Below are positions 45,929 to 55,605 of a DNA stretch of 64,000 nt, piece after piece; position 1 is the stretch's first letter; each line of letters starts with the position of its first letter. The notes under the pieces are model-generated. The model was given only the letters and a program-made list of their open reading frames with translations. It had not been told where the DNA came from and did not search any database. The translations under genes were made by a program, and so were the position numbers. This DNA comes from an uncultured Lachnospiraceae bacterium (GTDB lineage Bacteria > Bacillota > Clostridia > Lachnospirales > Lachnospiraceae). Location: assembly GCA_902794095.1 (NCBI GenBank), contig CADBFZ010000006.1, positions 90,092 to 154,091 on the forward strand. Reading direction: 5' to 3'.

Positions 45929-47173
45929 TTATACTCTCTGTTTTCCGCAATCGGGGCAGAAACGGGATGTGATTCCTGTTTTGCCGCAATCGGGACAATT
46001 CCATGAGCCTTCGGGAGCAGCTCCTCCGATAACCTGACCGAAGCCCTCACCGACCTGAGATGCGGAACCCATCATGGGATTGAGTGCATCCTTGGTCATG
46101 TTGATTACTCCGCCCATGGCTCCGAGTGTAACTCCAAGGCCTGCGATATCGCCGATACCGGTTCCGCCGCCTGCAGTTCCGCCACCTGTAATGCCGTTTT
46201 TCATAGCCTCTAAGCCGACTTCCCTTGCAGTCTCCTGCTGATAGGTGTAGCCCTTCATCTTCATTTCTTCTGCTTCAGCCGCAGCCTGCATCTTATATGC
46301 ATCCGCTTCAGCCTGTGCCTTGATCTTAAGCGCTTCTGCTTCTCCCTGAGCGCTTACCATCTTCATCTGAGCTTCAGTCTGAGCCTCAACCAGTTTTCTG
46401 CCCATTGCGGCCTCAGCTTCCGCTTTTTTAACTTCCTCTTCACGAACTTTGAGAGTCTTGTCTGCATACTGCTGTCTGAGCTTGATGAAGTTGGGATCAT
46501 CATCGGGAGTTGAAATACTGGTAACATAGAATTCGGGCATTGTAAGTCCGTATTCTTCTAAGCTTACGTTGATCTCATTACGGAACACTTCCGAAATCTG
46601 ATCCAGATAAGAATCAATCTCCAGAATATTAATGTTCTGATCCTTAATTACGCGTGCAAGGTTTGATTTAACCTTATTGGAAACAAGAGCCTTGAACTTG
46701 CCGTTTCCATAGGAAATACCGTCACCAGCTACTTCCCCTGCAACCAGTCCGTCGGTGGTTCCTACGAGCTTGGTGATAAGGGTATAGGAATCAACAACGC
46801 GAAGGTTAAAATCTCCGCTTGCTCCTATCTCGATATTCATTCCGGATGCGGGATCAAAGAGGCGAACCTTTGTATCGGTTCCCCATTTAAGTCCCATCTG
46901 GGTTGCTTTATTGATGAAATATACTTCCGCATGGAAGATATTCTCTCCACCGGTACCCTTGGCAATAAGATCTTTCAGGAAAGGAAAGTTAAGAGTTTCA
47001 AGAGTATGTCTTCCCGCAGGAAAAATATTAAGTGCTTTTCCGTCCTTTAAAAAGAGAGCTTCCTGAGTCTCATGAACGATAAGCTGAGAACCGAAATTAA
47101 AGTCCTCTTTCTGAGCTTTGTGTGCGATGACATCTCCGCTTCCTTCGTACTTAATTACACTGATCAATTCCAT
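45929..47173 (-). CDS. SPFH (band-7/stomatin-prohibitin-flotillin) domain protein with a coiled-coil region, a Gly-rich segment and a C-terminal double CPDCG zinc ribbon (YdjI-like)
   Basis: The N-terminal 220 aa match the SPFH fold pattern. An Ala/Glu/Lys-rich coiled coil follows (EEVKKAEAEAAMGRKLVEAQTEAQMKMV...), then GGGTAGGGTG, then CPDCGKTGITSRFCPDCG. Confidence 0.7.
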   Translation of the reverse strand: MELISVIKYEGSGDVIAHKAQKEDFNFGSQLIVHETQEALFLKDGKALNIFPAGRHTLETLNFPFLKDLIAKGTGGENIFHAEVYFINKATQMGLKWGTDTKVRLFDPASGMNIEIGASGDFNLRVVDSYTLITKLVGTTDGLVAGEVAGDGISYGNGKFKALVSNKVKSNLARVIKDQNINILEIDSYLDQISEVFRNEINVSLEEYGLTMPEFYVTSISTPDDDPNFIKLRQQYADKTLKVREEEVKKAEAEAAMGRKLVEAQTEAQMKMVSAQGEAEALKIKAQAEADAYKMQAAAEAEEMKMKGYTYQQETAREVGLEAMKNGITGGGTAGGGTGIGDIAGLGVTLGAMGGVINMTKDALNPMMGSASQVGEGFGQVIGGAAPEGSWNCPDCGKTGITSRFCPDCGKQRV

Positions 47174-47174
47174 A

Positions 47175-47981
47175 TCATTGCTTCCTTTCCGCTAAAACAG
47201 CAATAACTGCAACTATTAGTAAAGGTACTCCTATGGAAATCCTTGATGCTGTTGTTATATTCATGCCAAAACCGTAAGACAATAGGAGAAATAACAGCAA
47301 AGGCACTGCAACTATAAAAGAAAGAATCTCGATTATGATCGACAATACTCCCTCAAGGTATACGGCATACGCGGCACCGGCAGCCACAATCAGGAAGATT
47401 GCAACGCAAGGCCAAAAATCGATGCCTGTTTTTAAATGCAAGACGATAGTCAGAACCGCAGGAAGAACGAGGCCTATTATCACCGCATAAGGCATCCTCT
47501 TTTTACGCTGAATCTTAATTCCGTCTTCGCACTTAAGCAGATACTCTTCTGTATCTTTAAAGCCGGCGGTTTTCTTAAACTCGTCATTGGCTTTGATATA
47601 GTTTTCTTTTTCAAAATAGGACTTTGCGGAAGCATAATGACCTATTATTACGGCCTGTTCCTTACCCTTTTGACAAATCGCAGAAAGCTCGGAGCCCGCA
47701 GCGTCATTAAATTTCTTACAATCGGACTCTGCAGATTTAAACATTACAAGAGCCTGTCCTGCGGACGCTGAAGAATCGATGTCATTAAGCAGTTCCTGCG
47801 CTCTTTTTATCTTCTCGATAACTCTGGAATAATCGGACAAATTAGGAATCATATCGGACAAATCCCATTTATTGCCGCAATTTTCGCATATGCATGCTCC
47901 GCCAAGCCAGTCATTGACCAGCGTGCCGCCGCAGATCTTACACCGCATCGATATAGGTTTTATCTCTGCATTTTCCTGCAT
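47175..47981 (-). CDS. zinc-ribbon membrane protein (N-terminal CKICGG...CICENCG, C-terminal 4-TM domain)
   Basis: Complete ORF with GGAG 7 nt upstream. Its stop is 1 nt before the SPFH gene start. Confidence 0.55.
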   Translation of the reverse strand: MQENAEIKPISMRCKICGGTLVNDWLGGACICENCGNKWDLSDMIPNLSDYSRVIEKIKRAQELLNDIDSSASAGQALVMFKSAESDCKKFNDAAGSELSAICQKGKEQAVIIGHYASAKSYFEKENYIKANDEFKKTAGFKDTEEYLLKCEDGIKIQRKKRMPYAVIIGLVLPAVLTIVLHLKTGIDFWPCVAIFLIVAAGAAYAVYLEGVLSIIIEILSFIVAVPLLLFLLLSYGFGMNITTASRISIGVPLLIVAVIAVLAERKQ

Positions 47982-47984
47982 TTA

Positions 47985-48806
47985 TCACTCCAAAGTGATT
48001 TCTTTTCCGCCGGGAACCTTGACGATATCTCCCATTTCGGGACCTTCGTTCGAAACTTTTCTGATCCAGACATCCGCTGCAAAAGGATTGTAAACATGAC
48101 TGCCATCAGCCGACCATATGAGTCCCTTAGCCGCAGTCATATAATCTGCGATCTCGATATTAGTCGCATACCATATATCATCATGACCGGACATGTATTT
48201 GCAAAATTCTTCAATAACATCCCAGTTATCGTCTCTGTCGAATTCATAGCTGTGACCCCAGATATAGAAAAGTTTCAGATACTGGGTTTTATTAAATTCA
48301 ACAAACCACTTGGCTTTTTCCATCAGATCAGGAGCACTGTGATGACAAGTTGGATGCCACTCAAGGAAGTCTTCCGGAAGTTCAAAATCATTGGTTGGAG
48401 AAACCGCCCTGGCATAGACTATCCCAAGACTTTTAAGGATCTGCTTTACATTCTGATTGTAAGCACCGTTTGGATATGAATGTCCTCTCACGATCCTGCC
48501 TGTAAGTTTCTCAAGATTTTTCCTGTCTTCAAGGATTTCCGTAACAAGTGCTGTGTCGGAAAGTCTTGTAAGTGTGGGATGAGTAAGAGAATGCGTAGCA
48601 ATCTCATGGCCTTCATACAGCTTAACTGCCTCAGAGCGCATCTGAACCAGGTCTTCATCCATCCATCCGGAATTCAGATGAAAGGTTCCCTTAATGCCGT
48701 ATTTATTGAAGATCTCCACAAGTCTCTTATCCTGAACACGGCCGTCGTCGTAGCTCATCGTAAGAACCTTGGACCTTCCTTCGGGAAAAGTAATGTAAGA
48801 AAACAT
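47985..48806 (-). CDS. polysaccharide deacetylase (CE4/NodB family)
   Basis: NodB motifs MSYDDG (TFDDG-like) and THSLTHP (HxxxxH). Confidence 0.75.
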   Translation of the reverse strand: MFSYITFPEGRSKVLTMSYDDGRVQDKRLVEIFNKYGIKGTFHLNSGWMDEDLVQMRSEAVKLYEGHEIATHSLTHPTLTRLSDTALVTEILEDRKNLEKLTGRIVRGHSYPNGAYNQNVKQILKSLGIVYARAVSPTNDFELPEDFLEWHPTCHHSAPDLMEKAKWFVEFNKTQYLKLFYIWGHSYEFDRDDNWDVIEEFCKYMSGHDDIWYATNIEIADYMTAAKGLIWSADGSHVYNPFAADVWIRKVSNEGPEMGDIVKVPGGKEITLE

Positions 48807-48843
48807 ATAAATAACCTCAGATCAAATACATAACCGGACAAGA

Positions 48844-50196
48844 TCACTCGTTAAAAGTATAAGTGTGCTTTCCGCTTTTTTTGGATTTATACATGGCGGC
48901 GTCCGTTTTTTCAAAGAGATCTTCTTTGTCCTTGGCGTCACGTCCGTTTACTATTCCGACGCTTATTGATATCGGAGGCAGTCCGTCCTCTGATTTATCC
49001 AGTTCTTTATTGATCTGTTCAAGCTTTGTTGTAATGAGATTTTTCTTAATACCGCCGGAATGAACCATGAAAACCACAAACTCATCTCCGCCTATCCTGC
49101 AGATATGATCATCATCACGGAATATTCCGTTAAGGACACGCACAAGCTTTTTGAGAGCCTCATCTCCGATCTCATGACCGTAAGTGTCGTTAATACTCTT
49201 GAAATTATCAACATCGAGCATAAGCATAACCGTTGAATCAAGATCAAGACTTTCCAGCAGAAGATCATATCCGGCGCGGTTATATGCCCCGGTCAGTTCA
49301 TCATGGGATGCTTTATAATTCAGCCGCTCAAGGCTGGATCTGTACTTATGATACATTCTGTTATAGGCCTGAGCCAGATATTTGAACTCATTGGCTCCGC
49401 ATTCGGGGATAGGACTGTCAGCCTTGATATTATCCACAGCCTGTAAGACCGGCCTGATCCCGAGCACTGAAGTAAGCCTTACCATGATCAGGATCGAAAC
49501 AGCCTGAATAACTATGACAATACGTACGAAATTGAGCTCCCGATGAAGCACGTCAAGCTCTTTGTCCATGACATTCTTCATTAGTTCATCAATCTCATTT
49601 AAACTCTCATGCATGCCCTCCCTGATACTGTCCTTCTGATCATAATAATCATCGTTCAGCACAAGTTCTGTAGCTTTTCTGATCTTTTCGTCGGGAGAAA
49701 GTGCCATATCCTCTTCTGATAAGGCCACATCCTTCAGGGGATCGGGATAATCCGTATATCCTTTTGCTTCTATCACCAGCCTCATGGCATAGTATTCCTG
49801 ATCCATAAGGCTTACTGAATGAGCCATGGCATCTTTGAGCTGCTCCACGGCAGATCCCGCACCGGCGACCACTTCCATTCTTGATATAGCTTCTTCCCGT
49901 CTGTTAGACTCAAAGGCCTCGGTAAAATACTCATCAAGGAATCGTAAGTCACCGCTTATGGTAAATCTCTGAACACGTTCGGTAAGATAATCCGAAGCAT
50001 CCATCAGCTGATGTGCCGCTTCTATAAGTTCCGAATGCTGCCTCTCCGCATCGGAGAGACGATAGAATGTATTCGTAAGTCTGTAAGAGGCAATAACCAC
50101 AGTGCCGGACCATATGACCATGGTGATCACAAGCCATATATGTATGGCCCTGAGAGATAAACCGTTATTACATTTTTTTAATATTTTTCGGATCAT
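48844..50196 (-). CDS. diguanylate cyclase (GGDEF) with an N-terminal TM-flanked sensor domain
   Basis: [10 protein letters not shown] and [10 protein letters not shown]. Confidence 0.8.
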   Translation of the reverse strand: MIRKILKKCNNGLSLRAIHIWLVITMVIWSGTVVIASYRLTNTFYRLSDAERQHSELIEAAHQLMDASDYLTERVQRFTISGDLRFLDEYFTEAFESNRREEAISRMEVVAGAGSAVEQLKDAMAHSVSLMDQEYYAMRLVIEAKGYTDYPDPLKDVALSEEDMALSPDEKIRKATELVLNDDYYDQKDSIREGMHESLNEIDELMKNVMDKELDVLHRELNFVRIVIVIQAVSILIMVRLTSVLGIRPVLQAVDNIKADSPIPECGANEFKYLAQAYNRMYHKYRSSLERLNYKASHDELTGAYNRAGYDLLLESLDLDSTVMLMLDVDNFKSINDTYGHEIGDEALKKLVRVLNGIFRDDDHICRIGGDEFVVFMVHSGGIKKNLITTKLEQINKELDKSEDGLPPISISVGIVNGRDAKDKEDLFEKTDAAMYKSKKSGKHTYTFNE

Positions 50197-51209
50197 GAAT
50201 TACTTACCACTATAAATTTCTCAAGAGTTTCCATAGCCTTACCGGAGTCTATAAGTTCTCCGGCAAGCTTTATTCCCTCTTCCATGGTCTCAGCCTTACC
50301 GTCTATATAAAGTGCCGCACCCGCATTGAGAAGTACGGCATTTCTCTTATGCCCCTTAGCACCGGACAGAATATCCCTTGCAATCTGAGCGTTCTCCGCA
50401 GGTGTTCCGCCCTTAAGATCTTCTTTGGAACAGGTTTCAAATCCGAAATCCTCCGGTGTGATGATTCGGGTTTTGTACCATCCGTCCTTGATCTCGCAGA
50501 TCTTGGTAGGTGCAGAAAGTGATATCTCATCAAGTTTATCGGTGCCGTATACGACCATTCCGCGCTTTACTCCGAGATTTACAAGAACCTGTGCGAGGGG
50601 CTCGACAAGGTATTCGTCATAAACGCCAAGGAGCTGTTCGGTAGGTGATGCAGGATTGGTCAGCGGTCCGAGAATGTTGAAAACAGTTCTAAAGCCGAGC
50701 TCTTTTCTGATGGAACCGACATACTTCATTGATGAATGATATTTCTGAGCAAAGAAAAAGCACATTCCGACTTCATTGAGAAGCTTTACGCACATCTCGG
50801 GGGACTGATCGATATTTACTCCGAGAGCTTCCAGACAATCGGCGGTCCCGCAAAGAGATGATGCTGCACGGTTTCCGTGTTTTGCGACTTTTACACCGCC
50901 GGATGCCGCAACGATCGCTGAGATGGTGGAAATATTAAAGCTTCCCGCATTGTCTCCGCCGGTACCTACGATCTCAAACACATCCATACCGGTTTCAACC
51001 TTAGTCGCATGGTCTCTCATTGCGGCAGCACATCCCGCTATCTCATCGGTGGTCTCCGCCTTGGCGCTCTTGGTTGAGAGTGCGGCAAGAAATGCTGCGT
51101 TCTGGGTGGGCGTTGTCTCGCCGCTCATGATCTCATTCATAACGTCATACGCTTCAGAATAAGTAAGGTCTTCTTTGCTTACGATCTTAACGATTGCTTC
51201 TTTGATCAT
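50193..51209 (-). CDS. trpD: anthranilate phosphoribosyltransferase (orphan, not in a trp operon within this window)
   Basis: [39 protein letters not shown] lies 6 nt upstream of the ATG at 51209 (MIKEAIV...). Confidence 0.8.
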   Translation of the reverse strand: MIKEAIVKIVSKEDLTYSEAYDVMNEIMSGETTPTQNAAFLAALSTKSAKAETTDEIAGCAAAMRDHATKVETGMDVFEIVGTGGDNAGSFNISTISAIVAASGGVKVAKHGNRAASSLCGTADCLEALGVNIDQSPEMCVKLLNEVGMCFFFAQKYHSSMKYVGSIRKELGFRTVFNILGPLTNPASPTEQLLGVYDEYLVEPLAQVLVNLGVKRGMVVYGTDKLDEISLSAPTKICEIKDGWYKTRIITPEDFGFETCSKEDLKGGTPAENAQIARDILSGAKGHKRNAVLLNAGAALYIDGKAETMEEGIKLAGELIDSGKAMETLEKFIVVSNS

Positions 51210-51360
51210 ACTTTGCTCCTTATATGCAAAAAACATAATAAGTATAACATTTCTTATAGATTCAGTCACTGTGCAAGTGCGGGCTGTATATATTTTATAA
51301 ATACTGCTTGACGCATTATACTATGTGTCATATAGTATTATGCGTAAGGAGGTAACACAT

Positions 51361-51684
51361 ATGGATGCTCAACTTAGACGTGGCATATTGGATGCATGCG
51401 TTCTGGCAGTTCTTGAGCGGGGAGAGTCATACGGGTACAAGCTGGTCTCTGATATATCAACCTTTATAGAAATAACGGAATCAACACTCTACCCAATCTT
51501 AAAACGTCTCGAAGCACAGAACATGCTGACGGTCAGAAAAGCCGAATATAACGGAAGACTTCGCAAATACTATTCCATTACAGACTCAGGCAGAGCCCGC
51601 ATTGATGAACTGCTGGGCGAATGGGAAGAGATCATAAAAGTCTACAGATATATAGCTGAGGAAAGGGGAGAAAAAAATGCTTAA
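51361..51684 (+). CDS. PadR-family transcriptional regulator
   Basis: GILDACVLAVLERGESYGYKLVSDI...ESTLYPILKRLEAQNML winged helix; AAGGAGG lies 8 nt upstream of the ATG at 51361. Confidence 0.8.
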   Translation: MDAQLRRGILDACVLAVLERGESYGYKLVSDISTFIEITESTLYPILKRLEAQNMLTVRKAEYNGRLRKYYSITDSGRARIDELLGEWEEIIKVYRYIAEERGEKNA

Positions 51685-52282
51685 ACAAGAATTCCTGTCA
51701 CAGCTTCGTGCAGGTCTGGAAGCTGCAAGCATTGAAGATATAGATGAATGCATTGATTTCTACGACGAGATGATAAGCGACCGTATCGAATCGGGCATGA
51801 ATGAAGAAAGCGCTGTCGCTCAAATGGAATCCGTAGAATCCATAATCAATAATTACAAACTGGAAAAACCGGTCACCAGGCTCATCATGGATAAAGTCCA
51901 AAAAAGTCATGAAGAAGCAAAGGGTAAGGGAAAAGGCACCTTGTGGATCGTACTTGCGATCATAGGGTTCCCCATCTGGCTTCCGATACTTATCGTGATC
52001 TTTGCTCTTCTGCTTACTCTTTACATAGTTTTATGGAGCATAGTAATAGCGATATTCAGTGTGCTTGTGGCAATCGGATTTGCTGCTGTCGCAAGCCTTT
52101 TTGCCTTTATAATGATGTTTACCGGCTTCGTTCCCATACCTCTGGGTATCTTTGCACTGGGGGCGGCACTGTTTTTGGGTGGTCTGACCGTTCTTCTGTG
52201 GCATCCAATATGGTCACTGTGCAAGGCGGTAGCCCTCATGATACCTTCAATATTCAGAAAGATAAAAAAAGGAATTGCTTAA
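51677..52282 (+). CDS. DUF1700-type PadR-associated membrane protein
   Basis: The N-terminal soluble part (FLSQLRAGLEAASIEDIDECIDFYDEMI) followed by TM helices is typical of the gene downstream of padR. Its start overlaps the padR stop. Confidence 0.6.
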   Translation: MLKQEFLSQLRAGLEAASIEDIDECIDFYDEMISDRIESGMNEESAVAQMESVESIINNYKLEKPVTRLIMDKVQKSHEEAKGKGKGTLWIVLAIIGFPIWLPILIVIFALLLTLYIVLWSIVIAIFSVLVAIGFAAVASLFAFIMMFTGFVPIPLGIFALGAALFLGGLTVLLWHPIWSLCKAVALMIPSIFRKIKKGIA

Positions 52283-52292
52283 GAAAGGAAAC

Positions 52293-53336
52293 ATGATGAA
52301 GAAAAAATCACTGATTGCGGGAGGATGTTCTCTCGCCGGTTTACTCTTAATGATAGTTGCATTTATCGCAGCAAGGGGAAATCTGGCTGAATTATCAACA
52401 CGTAATGTTCAGGCAGTACAAAAAGAATATGAATGCAGCACGGATATAATAAAAATTGACGCAGATATCACATCGGATAATCTTGAGATCAGGACCGGTG
52501 ATGTGGAATACATCTCCGTTTCCTACTATGACAGACCCGGATATAATGAATATGAGATAACGGAATCCGGAGATTCTCTTGGTATCAGATATGTTGACCT
52601 GCATCCGATCGAAGTGTTGACCATAGACCTGGATTTTGAAGATAAGCCCGTCATCATAACGGTTCCCGAATCATTTTCCGGAAAAGTAAACATATCTTCA
52701 AGCAGTGGAAGCATCATAGCAGAATCAATAAATGTAAGCTCTCTTGATCTTAAAAACACCTCCGGCGGTATAAGAATTAACGATGTTGATACCGCTACCG
52801 ATGTTAAACTGTCCAGTACATCAGGCTCCATAAATGTTGATTCTCTGGTATGTAAAAACCTGACAGCTTCAAATACTTCGGGCGGAATAAGCATTGAAAA
52901 CTCAGATATTTATGAACTGCTTGATACCAAATGCAGCAGCGGTGATATAAGCATCAAATCTGTCTCCGTAAAAGAAGGAGCAAGACTCTCAACCTCATCA
53001 GGAACGAGATATTTGGAGGATGTAAGTGCCCAGTATCTGGAGTGTGACGGAAGTTCAGGATCATTGAAAGCTGTGGATGTAACTGTCTTAAATTCTTTTT
53101 CTTCCTCTACCACTTCCGGCTCTGTTACTCTGGACAGAGTTGAGACGGGAAACAGCATCAAGATATCAGCATCAAGCGGGGATGTCAGAGGAACCATCGT
53201 CGGAAATAAAGATGATTTCAATATCAGTGTAAACACATCATCCGGATCAAGTAATCTGAGCGATTCAAGCGACGGTAATAAGAAGCTGACAATCTCAACC
53301 ACAAGCGGATCCATAGATATAGATTTTACGGAATAA
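52293..53336 (+). CDS. DUF4097-type beta-helical putative adhesin (YvlB-like), membrane-anchored
   Basis: An N-terminal TM helix then repeated S/T-S-G-x-I blocks (SSGSII, TSGGIRIND, SSGDISI, TSGSVTL...). ATG at 52293 with an AAAGGA RBS; the ORF-track start at 52275 is a TTG. Confidence 0.6.
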   Translation: MMKKKSLIAGGCSLAGLLLMIVAFIAARGNLAELSTRNVQAVQKEYECSTDIIKIDADITSDNLEIRTGDVEYISVSYYDRPGYNEYEITESGDSLGIRYVDLHPIEVLTIDLDFEDKPVIITVPESFSGKVNISSSSGSIIAESINVSSLDLKNTSGGIRINDVDTATDVKLSSTSGSINVDSLVCKNLTASNTSGGISIENSDIYELLDTKCSSGDISIKSVSVKEGARLSTSSGTRYLEDVSAQYLECDGSSGSLKAVDVTVLNSFSSSTTSGSVTLDRVETGNSIKISASSGDVRGTIVGNKDDFNISVNTSSGSSNLSDSSDGNKKLTISTTSGSIDIDFTE

Positions 53337-53341
53337 ATAAT

Positions 53342-53373
53342 AGAGGATACACATATGTGTATCCTCTTTTTAT
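53342..53373. terminator. bidirectional intrinsic terminator (perfect 26-nt palindrome AGAGGATACACAT|ATGTGTATCCTCT plus TTTTTA)
   Basis: Seen directly between the convergent DUF4097 and ABC transporter genes. Confidence 0.6.
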
Positions 53374-53404
53374 CGGTTCATTTGTATTGATAAATCTTAG
53401 TCTC

Positions 53405-55150
53405 TTAAGAATACTGTGCGGTATAAAGCTCGTGGTAAAAACCGCCGGAAGCCAAAAGCTCCGAATGGGTTCCCTGCTCGATAACGTGCCCGTCTTTCAT
53501 GACAAGTATCATGTCGGCTTCTTTGATGGTGGAAAGTCTGTGAGCTACGATAAAGCTGGTGCGTCCTTCCATAAGCTTGGCAAAGGCGCTCTGTATCTTA
53601 AGTTCCGTTCTGGTATCGATGGAACTGGTAGCTTCGTCGAGAATAAGCATGGGAGGAAGGGCAAGCATAACTCTTGAGATGCAAAGAAGCTGCTTCTGGC
53701 CCTGTGAAAGGCCCTCTCCTTCTTCTCCGATTATGGTGTTATATCCGTTTTCAAGTCTCTTGATAAATCCGTGTGCATGAGAAGCCTTAGCCGCTGCGAT
53801 AACTTCTTCATCGGTGGCATCGGGTTTACCCATACGGATATTGTCTGCAATGGTGCCTGATTTAAGCCAGGTTTCCTGAAGAACCATGCCGTAGCAGTTT
53901 CTCAGGTCCTTACGTGAAATCTCGCGAATGTCCCTTCCGTCAACGGTGATCTTACCGTCATCAGGTTCATAGAATCTCATAAGGAGATTAATGATGGTGG
54001 TCTTACCGCAGCCCGTGGGACCGACTATAGCAATTCTCTGTCCGCTCTTAACATCTACGTTAAGATCTGTGATAAGAGGCTTGTCCTTGGAATATGAGAA
54101 ATCAACATTATCAATCTTTACATCGCCTGTGATCTCATCCTTGGCAACAGGCTCAACTGCCTCGGCAATAACGCTGTCCTCATCAATAAGTTCAAAGATT
54201 CTTCCTGCACATACAAGAGCATTCTGGAACTCAGTGATAACTCCTGAGATTTCGTTAAAGGGTTTGGTATACTGGCTTGCATATCCTAAGAATGCAGTAA
54301 GTCCACCGATGGTAATTCCTCCACCCAGGGCATAGATTGCGCCGCCTATACCTACAAGTGCATAGACACATGAATTAACGAATCTTGTTGAAGGATTGGT
54401 AAGACTTGAAATAAAGATTGCTTTAAGAGAAGCGCTGCAAAGTGCATCGTCCGCTTCATTGAAATTCTTTCGTGCATCATCTTCGTATGAAAAGAGTCTG
54501 ACTGTCTTCTGAGATGCGATCATCTCTTCGGTAAGTTCAGTAAGAGCTCCTCTTGCTTTGGACTGTGCAAGGAAAAGAGAATGAGATCTTGTTGCGATGA
54601 ATCTTGCAACGAGAAGCGACATGGGAGTAATAAGCACAACGAGAAGTGTGATAAAAGGATTGAGCCTCAGCATGAAGATTAGCGTTCCCAGTATTGTCAT
54701 CACACCGGTAAAAAGCTGGGTAAATCCCATGAGAAGACCGTCTGCAAAAGTATCCGCATCAGCGATCATTCTGCTGAGTATGTCTCCCGTTCTGTGTGAA
54801 TCAAGATATGATACGGATAACTGCTGGATCTTGTTCATCGCATCATTTCTGATATCACGTACAACATTATAAGTAATGTAATTACCAACTCTACTCATCA
54901 GATACTGGAAGAAAGCAGAGATAAGTGCTGCAATACCGACTTTGGATGCGGCAAGAATAACTGCATCCATATCGATTGCACCCACACCGGGTTTGAGCAG
55001 ATCTACCGCCCTGCCCGTAAGTACGGGAATGTAAAGCGAAAAAGCAACCGATAAAAGTGCGAAGATTAAAACGCACACCTCGGCAGGCATATACTTGCGG
55101 GTATATGCCAGGAGGCGTTTCATTCGATTATTATTGGTTGCTTTTTCCAT
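53405..55150 (-). CDS. ABC transporter, fused permease/ATP-binding protein (exporter type)
   Basis: Six-TM domain followed by Walker A GPTGCGKTT, signature LSQGQKQLL, Walker B ILDEATS. Confidence 0.85.
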   Translation of the reverse strand: MEKATNNNRMKRLLAYTRKYMPAEVCVLIFALLSVAFSLYIPVLTGRAVDLLKPGVGAIDMDAVILAASKVGIAALISAFFQYLMSRVGNYITYNVVRDIRNDAMNKIQQLSVSYLDSHRTGDILSRMIADADTFADGLLMGFTQLFTGVMTILGTLIFMLRLNPFITLLVVLITPMSLLVARFIATRSHSLFLAQSKARGALTELTEEMIASQKTVRLFSYEDDARKNFNEADDALCSASLKAIFISSLTNPSTRFVNSCVYALVGIGGAIYALGGGITIGGLTAFLGYASQYTKPFNEISGVITEFQNALVCAGRIFELIDEDSVIAEAVEPVAKDEITGDVKIDNVDFSYSKDKPLITDLNVDVKSGQRIAIVGPTGCGKTTIINLLMRFYEPDDGKITVDGRDIREISRKDLRNCYGMVLQETWLKSGTIADNIRMGKPDATDEEVIAAAKASHAHGFIKRLENGYNTIIGEEGEGLSQGQKQLLCISRVMLALPPMLILDEATSSIDTRTELKIQSAFAKLMEGRTSFIVAHRLSTIKEADMILVMKDGHVIEQGTHSELLASGGFYHELYTAQYS

Positions 55151-55156
55151 AATAAA

Positions 55157-55591
55157 TTACAGTGATGAAATTTCTTCCTGTGATACAACTCTTATTCCTG
55201 CTCTGGTGAGAGCTGCCTGAGCAGTCTTGTGATCATCAACTTTAAAGACCATGTATGCTTTGTTTGTAGGACCTTCCGCAGAAAGTGCATACATATATGC
55301 CAGATTGATATTCTCATCCGCAAATACTTTAAGGATCTGGCTTAAGCCACCGGGAATATCGGGAATCTCTGCAACTACAACACTTGTAAGTTTGTTTAAA
55401 AAGTCATTGTCTTTAAGAACGGTTGTAGCTTCATATACATCGTCAACAATGATTCTTACGATACCGAAACCTTCGGTCTCCGCAAGAGAGATACCTCTCA
55501 TATTGATTCCACGCTCTGCAAGAACTTCGGATACCTCACACATTTTTCCGGGTTTATTTTCAAGGAAAATTGAAATCTGTTTAACGCTCAT
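55157..55591 (-). CDS. ACT-domain protein (tandem ACT), the type associated with phenylacetate-CoA ligase genes
   Basis: Two ~65-aa ACT-like repeats (ISIFLENKPGKMCEVSEVL..., VVAEIPDIPGGLSQILKVF...). Immediately downstream of paaK. Confidence 0.6.
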   Translation of the reverse strand: MSVKQISIFLENKPGKMCEVSEVLAERGINMRGISLAETEGFGIVRIIVDDVYEATTVLKDNDFLNKLTSVVVAEIPDIPGGLSQILKVFADENINLAYMYALSAEGPTNKAYMVFKVDDHKTAQAALTRAGIRVVSQEEISSL

Positions 55592-55605
55592 AAAGGTACC
55601 TCCTA

